A DNA stretch of 64,000 nt from Candidatus Hydrogenedentota bacterium (GCA_963674865.2 CAXXYE010000006.1:32001-96000), one strand, 5' to 3'. Counted from the first letter of the stretch, positions 29,749 to 39,483 are shown. Made by a program: numbers and translations. Notes: generated by a model not told the origin, from the sequence alone.

Positions 29749-30978
29749 GTGATACGACTCAAGATTCAACAAGCGCCTATTGACAAACTGACGCCCTGGG
29801 ACGGCAATCCGAGGAAGAACGACAAGGCCGTCGCCGCCGTCGCGAAGAGCATCAAACGTTTCGGATTCAATGTCCCCATCCTGTGCGACGGCGAGCGTGG
29901 CATCATCGCCGGGCATACGCGGCTCGAAGCGGCCAAACGGCTCGGCATGAAGATGGTCCCCATCATCTGCCTGCCGCTCGGACAACACGAGCGCAGGTTG
30001 TTCGCCATCGCCGACAACCGCACGGGCGAACTGGCGGACTGGGACACGCCCAAGCTGAAGGAGATCCTGGACGAACTCCATTCCGAAGACGTTGATCTCA
30101 GTGCGCTGGGTTTTCCGGCCCGGGAGCTTCGTCGGCTGCTCAAGGTGGAGCGGGAGCGCGAGGAAAACCTGCCCGAGCCGCCCGTCCGCGCAAGGACTAC
30201 GCCCGGCACACTGTGGAAGCTTGGCCGTCATCGGCTGCTCTGTGGCGATTCGAGATACAAAACCACGTCCGCACGATTACTCGGCAAGACCAAGGTAGAC
30301 CATGTCTTTGCCAGTCCGCCCTACTTTAACCAGCGCGCGTATGCCCATTGGGATAACTACACCAAGTATCTTCGCGACATGGGTCGCGTCATGGCCAACT
30401 GCTTCGCTGCGTTGAAAGACGGAGGCGTCATTGTCTGGAACATTGGCAACGGCGCCAGCACGCATCATGCCCACGTCATACACCACGCCAGCATGTTGGA
30501 AGAAAACAACTTCCGCTTCCTGGACATGATCATTTGGGTGAAGCCCGAGGCAAATTACGGCGTGGCGCGCAATGTGCACATTCGGAGAAGCGCACGCTAT
30601 TTCCCCGCGCCTCGATGGGAAGCGCTTCTTGCATACCAACGAAGCGGCAAAATGCCAAACATGACGGCGGAAGGTGTGTGCTATATGAGCAAACACCACA
30701 CCGATGTCTGGACGGTGCCCATTGTCAGGCGCCAAATGCACATTTACGGTCATCCCGCCGTATGTCCAGTGGAAATACCGGTCCGGACAATTGAGGCGTA
30801 CACGGGCGAAGGGGCAAGTCTACTGGAGCCTTTTGGCGGCTCGGGAACAACGCTCATTGCCGCTGAGCAAACGGGGAGACGCGCCTTTCTCATCGAAAGA
30901 TTGCCGCGCTACTGCGATGCCATCCTGAAACGTTGGGAAGAGTATTCAGGCAAGAGGGCGCGCCGGAGCAAAGATTGA
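29749..30978 (+). CDS. ParB-N domain fused to beta-class amino (N4-C/N6-A) DNA methyltransferase
   Basis: NPR..SIKRFGFNVPI..IIAGHTRLEAA..ADN; GRHRLLCGDS; SPPY; HPA; EPFGGSGTT; start placed by alignment to the paralog (ORF open from 29713). Confidence 0.92.
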   Translation: MIRLKIQQAPIDKLTPWDGNPRKNDKAVAAVAKSIKRFGFNVPILCDGERGIIAGHTRLEAAKRLGMKMVPIICLPLGQHERRLFAIADNRTGELADWDTPKLKEILDELHSEDVDLSALGFPARELRRLLKVEREREENLPEPPVRARTTPGTLWKLGRHRLLCGDSRYKTTSARLLGKTKVDHVFASPPYFNQRAYAHWDNYTKYLRDMGRVMANCFAALKDGGVIVWNIGNGASTHHAHVIHHASMLEENNFRFLDMIIWVKPEANYGVARNVHIRRSARYFPAPRWEALLAYQRSGKMPNMTAEGVCYMSKHHTDVWTVPIVRRQMHIYGHPAVCPVEIPVRTIEAYTGEGASLLEPFGGSGTTLIAAEQTGRRAFLIERLPRYCDAILKRWEEYSGKRARRSKD

Positions 30979-30997
30979 GCAGGGAGGAAAGGAACCA

Positions 30998-32104
30998 ATG
31001 CAATCGAAGACGAACAAGGCAACTGAGGGGATCCAAGACCGGCAGTTGCCCAGACAGCGCAGATTGCGCAGGCCGCGGTTCTTCAGGCCAAAGACAATCG
31101 TTCTTGCCAAGGGAGCCTTGGACAACGAGACGCGAGTGGGCCTTGTCGAACGGATCTGCCGAGCGTATCCAAGGGCGAAAATCGTCGAACAACTTGATAC
31201 ACCGGCCAATCGTGTGAGAGTGGAGGGCGCGAATCCGTTCGTTCGACACAGGGAAGGCAAGCAGACACTCGTTCTCGGCACGCAACTGAATGCGGTGCGG
31301 TCCACGCCAGACGACAATCGCGCCTGCGCGCCGTACTGGTACTTCTCGGCATATGGGCACTGTCCCTATGGCTGCAAATATTGTCACTTGGGAGGGGCCC
31401 GAACCGTGTGGTTCTCTCCGGCGGTCAAGATCTACGTCAATCTAGAGGAGATCATGAGTCAAATCGAGTCCGCCGCGGCCAATCTGGTGAAACCGACGGC
31501 GTTCGTGTCGGGCAAACTCCAAGACGGCCTAGCGCTTGATCCTTTGACGGGATATTCACGTTCGCTGATTCCCTTCTTCGCTGCGCATCGATATGCCCGG
31601 CAAATCGTCGTGACCAAATCGGACGCTGTCGAGAACCTACTCGACATCGACCACGGCGGAAACACCATCCTGTGCTGGAGTCTGAATCTTCCGGAAGTAG
31701 CGAGGTCGCATGAGACCAATGTTCCGAACATGGCAGCACGTATAGGCGCCATGAAACGTTGCGCAGAACAAGGCTATCGAATCCGCGCGCTGATTCAGCC
31801 CGTTATCCAGTGCAAGGAATGGGAGGAGCGGTACGTTGGCTTCATTCGGCAACTCCTCAAAGAAGTGCCGTTGGAGCGCCTTTCGTTCGGCGGAGTGTAC
31901 TTGAATCCACGTGTCCTTTATCTGATAAAGAGAAAGCTTGGCCGCCATTACGAGGCCTTCAAGGCTCAGCAGAAAACGGATGGGAACTGTCGAAGTGGAA
32001 TGCATTATACGCAGAGGTATTGTGAGGCCCACTATGAACGTCTGACAAACGCCGCATTGAATGCTCGGGAGAATATCGAGATCGGCCCTTGCCATGTTCT
32101 CTGA
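30998..32104 (+). CDS. Spore photoproduct lyase-like radical SAM protein 1
   Basis: CPYGCKYC, IYVNLEEI, DGLALDPLTG, TKS, WSLN, HE, RIGA; AGGA RBS. Confidence 0.88.
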   Translation: MQSKTNKATEGIQDRQLPRQRRLRRPRFFRPKTIVLAKGALDNETRVGLVERICRAYPRAKIVEQLDTPANRVRVEGANPFVRHREGKQTLVLGTQLNAVRSTPDDNRACAPYWYFSAYGHCPYGCKYCHLGGARTVWFSPAVKIYVNLEEIMSQIESAAANLVKPTAFVSGKLQDGLALDPLTGYSRSLIPFFAAHRYARQIVVTKSDAVENLLDIDHGGNTILCWSLNLPEVARSHETNVPNMAARIGAMKRCAEQGYRIRALIQPVIQCKEWEERYVGFIRQLLKEVPLERLSFGGVYLNPRVLYLIKRKLGRHYEAFKAQQKTDGNCRSGMHYTQRYCEAHYERLTNAALNARENIEIGPCHVL

Positions 32105-32227
32105 ACCATGAACGGCTAGAAGTCTGGCCAGGAAGCGCGGTTCCTGGTGGGATGCGGAGCGTAGCGAAAGCGCGTCTGTCTGTTCCCTGCCCTTCGCCTT
32201 GCTCTTCGCGGCAAGAATAAGACGCCA

Positions 32228-33100
32228 TCAGCGTAAGTCATGGCACTGGCTGGGACAGCCTTCGAAATGCCGTTTCAATCGGAGACATTCGTTGAGCCGG
32301 TCGGGTGACTCGATAGCGATGTGCAGGTCGATGGGAAAGCGTGCAAGCAGGGCCTCGATGAAGCGGATGGACCACGGCAGATCGAGGTCGCGGTGCTTTC
32401 TACCGACCTGTCGCGAAAGGTGTATGTATAAAGCGGGCGGGCGCGTCACCTCGATGACCTGTTCAATGGCCTTGTACGGATCTTCCTCCTCGAAGGCGGA
32501 CTCGACAAAATGTCCAATATCGAACGCCACGTTCACGGGCAGGCGCCGTGCGATGGCCAACACGTTGGCGAGCCGACCGGCGGCCGTGGGCGTGTTCTCG
32601 ATGTACAGCCTCCGGAGCCGGGATGGATCAAGCCCTTCGAAGGCCCAAATCGTGTCGTCGACAACCGATGTACTGTGAGCATCGCCCTCCAGGTGTATGG
32701 CAAAGCCGGTCATGCCGATAAGTTCGGCCAAATCAAAGAGATAATCGACCTCGTGGAATGAACGTCGCCTGGATTCGCTGTGTGGCGACAGAATCCGGCA
32801 ATACTTCGAGACGTGGCCGTATCGGATGACGCTGAGACGATCCAACTCATGGCCAAACGCCCGCAACTGCGGCGCTACGCGCGCCACTTCCGCCAGCGCT
32901 TCGAACTTGGGAATCTTGTCCAGCGCGATGAAGTATGGATCAAAGGCAACCAACCGGATGCCAACGGAGAGGTACACGTCATGCAGCATCTTCCGGTGGC
33001 GTTCGATGGCGACGAGAGAATCGGTATGGTGGCACATGGGATACTTCTCCATACCGGCCGTTCTTCCCCAAGTCCCAATGAACACTCTTGAGTCCATCAT
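32228..33100 (-). CDS. Divergent UvsE/AP-endonuclease-2-like TIM-barrel nuclease
   Basis: GH..Y..ILSP, IHLEG, RRLYIEN, FDIGH, IHLS, HRD, IAIE in UvsE order; GAGGAG RBS. Confidence 0.7.
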   Translation of the reverse strand: MMDSRVFIGTWGRTAGMEKYPMCHHTDSLVAIERHRKMLHDVYLSVGIRLVAFDPYFIALDKIPKFEALAEVARVAPQLRAFGHELDRLSVIRYGHVSKYCRILSPHSESRRRSFHEVDYLFDLAELIGMTGFAIHLEGDAHSTSVVDDTIWAFEGLDPSRLRRLYIENTPTAAGRLANVLAIARRLPVNVAFDIGHFVESAFEEEDPYKAIEQVIEVTRPPALYIHLSRQVGRKHRDLDLPWSIRFIEALLARFPIDLHIAIESPDRLNECLRLKRHFEGCPSQCHDLR

Positions 33101-33333
33101 CGCGGTCTCCTCTTGTTGAGCTGCCTCTGCCAACACGCCGGAGGCTCCCGTGCAAATGATGCCTGGCGCCGAGCCGTGCACGCGCGCTAGACAAGGGCTG
33201 TTGGGCCTTGTCCGTCAACAGGAGCAAGAATGATACTGGAAATATCTTCAGTCTTCTGCTACGCTGATGTCAAGTTGGACGGCATCTTGGCGAAGACGAC
33301 GTGTCGGCAGCAGCGGCACGCGGGAGGTTGAGC

Positions 33334-34509
33334 GTGGAAGGAGTGGCGACGCAGACGGAATTCGGTTTCTCTGAGGCGGCGCTTTCTCTGCCGACGCATT
33401 GCCGGCGGCAGCCTGTCGAGCGTTTCGCCGTCGAGCGCATCGTACTGGCCAAGGGAAGCCTCGACACGCCCCAGCGTGAAGCCTTCGTGCGCCAGGTGAG
33501 CGAGGCGTATCCTAGGGCCCGCACCGAGGAGAAGCTCGGCGTGCCTCACAACCGCATCGAAATCCCCGGCAAGACGGCGCTGGAGCGCATTGCAAGGGGG
33601 AAACGCACACTCGTCTTTGGCTCGATTAGTCCGAAGAACGCCGTGTGGGAACGTGAACTCCGGAACAACGTTTTCGATCACGAATGGGCCCTTTCCGTAT
33701 ACGGGTTCTGTCCATACAATTGCGCGTACTGCTACCTGGCCGCGCTGCCGGGGGTGTGGTTCTCGCCCGCGGTGCGGATCTACGTGAACCTGGCTGAAAT
33801 CATCGCTGAGGTCAGCCGCCGGGCCATGGCCGCTGGAAGACGCACGACCTTCTACCAAGGCACGCTGCAGGACGGCCTGGCCTTGGATCCGCTGACGGCG
33901 TACTCGACAGTGCTCGTCCCGTTCTTCGCGGAGCATCGCCACGCACGGGCCTTTGTACAGACGAAATCGGCAAACATCGAACGCCTCCTGCATCTGCGCC
34001 ACAACGCACACACGGCGTTGTCATGGACCTTGTCGCCGCGCCCCATCGCCGAAAGGTTCGAGACAAACGCGCCCTCCGTCGATGCGCGCCTCGCAGCCAT
34101 GGAGCGGTGCGCGAACGCTGGCTATCCTGTCTGCGCGAACTTCATCCCGGTCATTCCCTATGGTGATTGGGAGGCGTTGTATCTGGACCTGGCGCGCGAG
34201 GTGCTCGAGCGCGTGCCCCTCAACAGGCTTACTCTTGGCGGAGCCTGCATGAAACAGAGCGCAGTCGAGCTTCTCGAAGCGCGCAAGGGAAAGGAGAATC
34301 CCATTTCAGCGCACTTGACGCGGCACCGCTCCCGTAATGGCGAGGAGGAGGTGTTCTACTTCCGCGGATTCTGCGACCGCTTGTATGGGCGGATCGCGCG
34401 TTACGCTGAAAGGTCAGCGCCGTGTCGGGCCATGTCGAATCACCGGCAGGGCGGAACGTTGGCACTGAGTTTCAGGCGCAACAACTCCTTTGACCTATTC
34501 CCAGAATGA
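33334..34509 (+). CDS. Spore photoproduct lyase-like radical SAM protein 2
   Basis: CPYNCAYCYL, IYVNL, DGLALDPLT, TKS, SWTLSP, FE, RLAA; start uncertain (ORF open from 33301). Confidence 0.88.
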   Translation: MEGVATQTEFGFSEAALSLPTHCRRQPVERFAVERIVLAKGSLDTPQREAFVRQVSEAYPRARTEEKLGVPHNRIEIPGKTALERIARGKRTLVFGSISPKNAVWERELRNNVFDHEWALSVYGFCPYNCAYCYLAALPGVWFSPAVRIYVNLAEIIAEVSRRAMAAGRRTTFYQGTLQDGLALDPLTAYSTVLVPFFAEHRHARAFVQTKSANIERLLHLRHNAHTALSWTLSPRPIAERFETNAPSVDARLAAMERCANAGYPVCANFIPVIPYGDWEALYLDLAREVLERVPLNRLTLGGACMKQSAVELLEARKGKENPISAHLTRHRSRNGEEEVFYFRGFCDRLYGRIARYAERSAPCRAMSNHRQGGTLALSFRRNNSFDLFPE

Positions 34510-34552
34510 AGAACCTGGCATTGGAACGAGCCTGACCGGGGGAAATCGAGCG

Positions 34553-34954
34553 ATGAGAAAGAACATATGGCAAGAGAAGCTAAGCGCCTTCAAGGAGAAC
34601 GAGCAGCCGGAGGCCACGCTCATGATTGCCGGACAGACGGAGCTGATGCGCATTGCCCTTGCCTGGAAACAGACGGAGGTCTCTCGTGGGAGGAGACTGA
34701 GCAAGCTCCAGGGCAATTCCGAAGCCGACATTTGGGCGTGGCTCTGGAAGAACGTCCGCTATGATCGCGCCGCGCTCCTAGGGCGAATTCCCGGCGCGAG
34801 CAACCGAACGGCCAGGAACCTGGACGCTCTGATCGGTTGCCGTGTTCTATATCCCGACGGCACGATCAACGCCTATGTCGAGCGGTACCTTAAGGAACGC
34901 GTCGTCAAGCTGTTCGCGCCAGCGATTCGAAAACGCGGTCTAGGAGCCGCGTGA
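34553..34954 (+). CDS. Hypothetical protein (133 aa)
   Basis: Protein-like ORF (WLWKNV, RVLYPDGTIN) 43 nt after radical SAM gene 2. Confidence 0.7.
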   Translation: MRKNIWQEKLSAFKENEQPEATLMIAGQTELMRIALAWKQTEVSRGRRLSKLQGNSEADIWAWLWKNVRYDRAALLGRIPGASNRTARNLDALIGCRVLYPDGTINAYVERYLKERVVKLFAPAIRKRGLGAA

Positions 34955-35179
34955 GTGGCGCGGAGGCGGCCAAATACGACCTCCGCCTGTAAAACACTTG
35001 GTACAACAAGCTTTTGTTTCAGGATACAGAATACGGCTCTTGGCCGCAAGGCCAATCCTTGCGCTTCAAGTGCTTGTGGCATATTGCGTAAGGGCGAGGC
35101 CGGGTCAGACTCTTTGTGCGAATCATCGGACGATGCTCGCTCGGCACCAATATCGCGGCTGTCCGGAACGGGCCTCTTG

Positions 35180-35857
35180 TCAAGGACACGGGGGCAAAGG
35201 CCGCAGGCGGATGTTGCGGTACCAGACTTTGCCGTGGTCGCCTTGCAGCATGAGCGGGCCGGGATCGTTTACGCCGCCGGGCAAGGCCCCGCCGGTAAGC
35301 TCGGTGATGGGAACACCGTCGAGGGCCAATTCACCGTTGTGGTAGACGGTGAGGTTCTCGCCGAGGTAGCGGATGTCGAAGGTGTTCCATTCCCCGGGCG
35401 CCCGGGCGGCGTTCGTCTGAGGCGCGTACTGATTGTAGACGCCGCCTGCGTCCGTCTTGGTAACCGGCGACACGCCATAGCTGTCGAGCACCTGAACCTC
35501 GATGCGCCCGCGAAGGTAGACGCCGCTGTTCCCGCCGGGCACGGTCTTGTATTCGATGTGCAGATCGAAGTCCTTCCACTCATCGATAGTGGCGACATCA
35601 GTTCCGTGTTCCACGTTGGTTAGCGCGCCGTCCTCAACAAACCATTTGTTCTCGGCCTCGTGATGACGCGCGTTGCGCCAGCCGTCCAGATTCTCGCCGT
35701 TGAATATACCGATCCAGCCTTGGTTACACTCGGCGTCACCGGCCCACGGACAAATAACATATGACTTGCCGCAAGTCTTGCCGTCCCCGAGGCCCGCACA
35801 ACCTGCCAGCCCTATCGCTAGAAGAATTCCAAGCCATCTTGTCTTGCTGAACGTCAT
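35180..35857 (-). CDS. DUF1080 (3-keto-disaccharide hydrolase) lipoprotein
   Basis: LAGC lipobox; FNGENLDGW, NSGVYLRG, EVQVLD, GEWN, LQGDHG, YRNI. Confidence 0.92.
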   Translation of the reverse strand: MTFSKTRWLGILLAIGLAGCAGLGDGKTCGKSYVICPWAGDAECNQGWIGIFNGENLDGWRNARHHEAENKWFVEDGALTNVEHGTDVATIDEWKDFDLHIEYKTVPGGNSGVYLRGRIEVQVLDSYGVSPVTKTDAGGVYNQYAPQTNAARAPGEWNTFDIRYLGENLTVYHNGELALDGVPITELTGGALPGGVNDPGPLMLQGDHGKVWYRNIRLRPLPPCP

Positions 35858-36059
35858 GTGTATCTCCCGTCGCCTTGCCAGTTCCAACCACCCGGAACGA
35901 GTTCTGGCGGATTCTACACTACAGGCTACGTCTCCCGCGAGAATCCTCGCCGGGTCGTGTTGTTGGCCGCTGTGTCGATTGCGGCCACGGCGACCTCCAA
36001 CGTATAGTAGGCGGCCATGAACATCCATGGCCATTCGGGAATAGTGAGGCAATGATTCC

Positions 36060-37181
36060 ATGACATCGCGTGAACGGCTCTTGCGAACGCTCCAGCGGCA
36101 ACCGGTGGATCGCGTCCCCATTTCATCCTACGAACTGAATCCGTGGAATCCCGACAGCTTCGAGAACAAGGCGCCGTCGTACAAGCGGTTGATGGAGAAG
36201 CTGCGCGCCGACACGGACTGCCTGTACATGTGGGGATGGGGGCCGTGGGCGGATTGCGATTGCTGGGAACGCCGGAGCGAAACTGATTCGGACGGGGCCG
36301 AGATGATCTATTCTCGTCTGAGGACGCCCAAAGGCGACCTCACCAAGGCCCAGAAGCGCATGCCGGGGGTCCACACCACCTGGACGACGGAGCATCTGCT
36401 GAAATCCGTGGAGGATATCGATCGCTACCTCAGTGTCCTCCCGGAGCTTTTTCGCGTCGATGACGGAAAGGTGCGGCGGGCGCGCGAAGCCTACGCCATC
36501 GCCGAGGAGCGTGTCGGCGATCACGGCATCGTTATGAACGACGGCGGCGATCCTTCCGCATACGTCCCGGATCTATTCGAATTCGGCGTGTTCACCGTCA
36601 TGTGTTTCCAGCATAGGGAGAAGATCCTGGAGCTGATAGACGCGCTTACCGAGCCGATTCTCGGCCGCTTCAGACTCGACGTTGAAAACAAGTTTGGCCC
36701 CATCCTCCGCATGTGCGGCCCTGAATACTACACGCCCCCCTATCTGCCGCCGGAGTACTTCCGCGAAATGGTCTTGCCCGGCGCGAAGGCCGCGGCGGAT
36801 ATCCTCGCGAAGGGCGGGATCTTTCTGCGGCTCCACAGTCACGGACGTATTCGTGACGCTCTGCCGATGATCGTCGAGATAGGCACCAAAGGGACCGACC
36901 CCTGCGAGCCGCCGCCCGACGGCGACATCTCCCTCGGCGAGATCAAGGAGCAATACGGCGACGCCCTTGTCCTATTCGGCAATACGGAGCTAAAGCTGCT
37001 CGAAACCGCCGAGCCGGGTGAAGTCGACGCCGTTGTCAAAGCTCAGATGGACGCGGCGAAAACCGGCGGCGGCTACATCCTCATGCCCACCGCCGCCCCG
37101 ATCAACGAGCCCCTCTCCCCACGCACCGAACACAACTACTTCGAGTGGGTCGACGCCGGCCTCAAGTACGGGACGTACTGA
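36060..37181 (+). CDS. Uroporphyrinogen decarboxylase / methyltransferase-like protein
   Basis: MTSRER..VDRVP, TPKGDL, HSHG, DPCEPPPDGD, LFGN, GGYILMP. Confidence 0.85.
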   Translation: MTSRERLLRTLQRQPVDRVPISSYELNPWNPDSFENKAPSYKRLMEKLRADTDCLYMWGWGPWADCDCWERRSETDSDGAEMIYSRLRTPKGDLTKAQKRMPGVHTTWTTEHLLKSVEDIDRYLSVLPELFRVDDGKVRRAREAYAIAEERVGDHGIVMNDGGDPSAYVPDLFEFGVFTVMCFQHREKILELIDALTEPILGRFRLDVENKFGPILRMCGPEYYTPPYLPPEYFREMVLPGAKAAADILAKGGIFLRLHSHGRIRDALPMIVEIGTKGTDPCEPPPDGDISLGEIKEQYGDALVLFGNTELKLLETAEPGEVDAVVKAQMDAAKTGGGYILMPTAAPINEPLSPRTEHNYFEWVDAGLKYGTY

Positions 37182-37287
37182 GGGTGTGTGAAGAAATGGG
37201 TGATGTCCGGAAGAGGGGACATATAGTCGCGCCGGGGACGGCGCTTGGAACATGTCCCCTTTCCCTCCGGTATTCCTCCACAGGCTC
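37182..37287 (+). mobile_element. MITE-like element, copy 2
   Basis: Matches copy 1; TGA at both flanks (37179-81, 37288-90). Confidence 0.7.
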
Positions 37288-37296
37288 TGAGAGAAC

Positions 37297-39483
37297 CTAA
37301 GCCACCGCGATAGCTATCTCCGCCTCGGGCAGTCCTCGAAACGCGGCTCGCAGGAGGACTTGGCCTGGAGTTGTCGCTGCTTGTACGGCGATGCGACCGA
37401 CGCCCGCATGGACGGGCGTAACCGGCTGGCCGCCGATACCGCGGATATGGGCCGGGCCGTCCAGATCAAATACCGCCAGTCCCTCCGCCTGCGGCACAAG
37501 CACGGACTCGTCGTCAACCACACGTAGCGTGACCTCGCTCACGTCGGCACCATCACAAGCCAACGTCGCGGGCGATGCCTCAAGGATCAGCCGCGCGGCC
37601 ACCCCTGCCGTGCGCAGGATGTACTCTACGTCTTGGCCGCCGTATTGCCCCACGGCCTTCAACTCGCCCGGCTCATACGGCACGTCCCAGCACGCGGGAT
37701 TCTCGCCGCTTCGCACGCCGAGCGACGCGCCGTTCAGGAACAGTTCTACCTCCTCACAATTCGTCACAACGGCCACCGGCCGCGCCTGTCCCTCCAGTCC
37801 GGGCCACGTCCAATGCCCGCAGATGTGGACAACCGGATCCGGCGACCACCGGCTTCTCAGGTAGTGGAAGCCGGCCTTGGGCAGGCGGTAGACATCGAGA
37901 ACGCCCGAGCACTGAATGGGCCACGACATCACGTAATCCGTCCCGTAGTCGTGCATGCACCAGAGCGCCCCGCCGGCCATGAAGGGTTGCGCTTCGATGA
38001 TGTCGGTGTCGTTCTTGAGCCGCTCGACCTGGCCCAGGTCCATCTCGAAATCGCCCCGGCGCGTGTGGCAGAAGTTGGTGTGCTCACTGGAAACCAGCTT
38101 GCGGTCGGGCAGATCTGCGCGTATCTCATCGAGATGAGGAAGCTTGTAGTTGATTCCCAACACGTCCGGAACATGGGCCGTGCCGGTTTCCTTGCCCTCT
38201 GCGGGCCGGTTATCGGCGTAAACGGTTAGGCGGGCCGGATCGGCCTCGTTCGCCACTCGATGCAGGCGCTCGAAGAGGTCGCGCGCCCTGCCTTCGTTAA
38301 GCAGGCCCCACAGGATGATGCTGGGATGATTCTTGTCGCGCGCGATCATCTCGCGCATCATCTGCTCGGCGTTCTTGGCGAACTGCTCGCCGCCGATGTA
38401 CTGCCAGGACGCGATCTCCTCGTAGACGATGATGCCCAGCCGATCGCATGCATCGAGGAACGCCGGATGCTGGGGATAATGCGACGCCCGCACGAAGTTG
38501 CCGCCCATCTCCTTAATGAGTTCGGCGTCGCGCGCCTGGAGACGCGGCGGCACGGCGTTGCCCAGGCCGGGATAGTCCTGGTGGCGATTCACGCCACGCA
38601 GTTTCAGATGCTCACCGTTCAAGAAGAAGCCGTCATCGACGGTGAACTCATACCAGCGCAGGCCAAAGGGAGTCACGACTTCGTCCACGACTGCGCCATC
38701 GACCTCAACGCGAGTCGTGGCCGAGTACAGGTGAGGCGTGTCGGGAGACCACAGCGCTGGGGAGGGAATGTCCAGGGCGGGAAGCTCGAAGCGCGCCGCC
38801 CCGCCGCTCTCGATAGATTGCTCCGCAAAGACTTCCGCGACGGGCGCTCCATCAGGGTCGTGGATGGCCACCACGCACCGAGCGTGGACTGCGGCATCCC
38901 GATCATTCCTCACAGCCGCCCAGACACGCGCGGTAGCACGCTCCCGCGACACCGTCGGCGTCGTAATCGTCACGCCGTATTGTGGAATGAACACCTCGTC
39001 CGTGACGACTACCGAGACCTCTCTGTACAGGCCGCCATAGAGGTTGTAGTCGAGTTCTTCCAGTCCCGGGAGAATGTCGGGATTGTGCGTATTGTCCACC
39101 CTGACGGCGAGGAGGTTGCTTCCGGGACGCAGGAAGTCCGTAGCATCAATCGCGAATCCGGTAAATCCGCCCATGAATTGGCCGGCGTGCTCTTCATTGA
39201 TCCATACGTCGGCCAGGGCAAAGGCCGCGCCGAACTCGAGGAACACTTTGCGCCCCTGCCACGCCGCGGGGACGTCAATCCGTTTGCGGTACCACCCGAC
39301 GCCGCGGTAGTAGCCGCGACACGGCGTGAACGTGTCGGCCGCGTTCCAGCAATGCGGCAGCACAACCTTCGGCCAAGCCGTGTCTTCGAGGTCTTGGGCG
39401 TATCCTTTCGGACCCCACCAGGGGACAAGCCCCGCGTGGAAACACCATTCCTGTGAAAATGCTTGCGTATCGAGTTCGCGCAT
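37297..39483 (-). CDS. Glycoside hydrolase family 2 (beta-galactosidase-like)
   Basis: GWYRK, GGLYREV, GVNRHQD, RASHYP, NHPSIILWGLLNE, SE, DUF4982-like tail. Confidence 0.93.
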   Translation of the reverse strand: MRELDTQAFSQEWCFHAGLVPWWGPKGYAQDLEDTAWPKVVLPHCWNAADTFTPCRGYYRGVGWYRKRIDVPAAWQGRKVFLEFGAAFALADVWINEEHAGQFMGGFTGFAIDATDFLRPGSNLLAVRVDNTHNPDILPGLEELDYNLYGGLYREVSVVVTDEVFIPQYGVTITTPTVSRERATARVWAAVRNDRDAAVHARCVVAIHDPDGAPVAEVFAEQSIESGGAARFELPALDIPSPALWSPDTPHLYSATTRVEVDGAVVDEVVTPFGLRWYEFTVDDGFFLNGEHLKLRGVNRHQDYPGLGNAVPPRLQARDAELIKEMGGNFVRASHYPQHPAFLDACDRLGIIVYEEIASWQYIGGEQFAKNAEQMMREMIARDKNHPSIILWGLLNEGRARDLFERLHRVANEADPARLTVYADNRPAEGKETGTAHVPDVLGINYKLPHLDEIRADLPDRKLVSSEHTNFCHTRRGDFEMDLGQVERLKNDTDIIEAQPFMAGGALWCMHDYGTDYVMSWPIQCSGVLDVYRLPKAGFHYLRSRWSPDPVVHICGHWTWPGLEGQARPVAVVTNCEEVELFLNGASLGVRSGENPACWDVPYEPGELKAVGQYGGQDVEYILRTAGVAARLILEASPATLACDGADVSEVTLRVVDDESVLVPQAEGLAVFDLDGPAHIRGIGGQPVTPVHAGVGRIAVQAATTPGQVLLRAAFRGLPEAEIAIAVA

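Larger units (their letters stand above)
24093..35040. mobile_element. Putative degraded genomic island at tRNA-Lys
   Basis: tRNA-adjacent; pseudogene remnants; phage-type ParB-MTase; looks more AT-rich by eye; gtacaaca/atacggc motifs at both ends; no integrase or tRNA duplication seen. Confidence 0.55.

Noticed and set aside
29749..33100. Classical type II restriction-modification pair
   Set aside because: No PD-(D/E)xK restriction enzyme recognised; the MTase is a ParB fusion and the nuclease is TIM-barrel type
24093..35180. Integrase gene or duplicated tRNA-Lys 3' end (attR)
   Set aside because: No recombinase motifs in the ORFs and no second copy of the tRNA 3' end found by eye
38260..39456. 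398-aa plus-strand ORF (likewise 59812..60978, 44665..45681, 17307..18407)
   Set aside because: Shadow or alternate frames of well-supported genes
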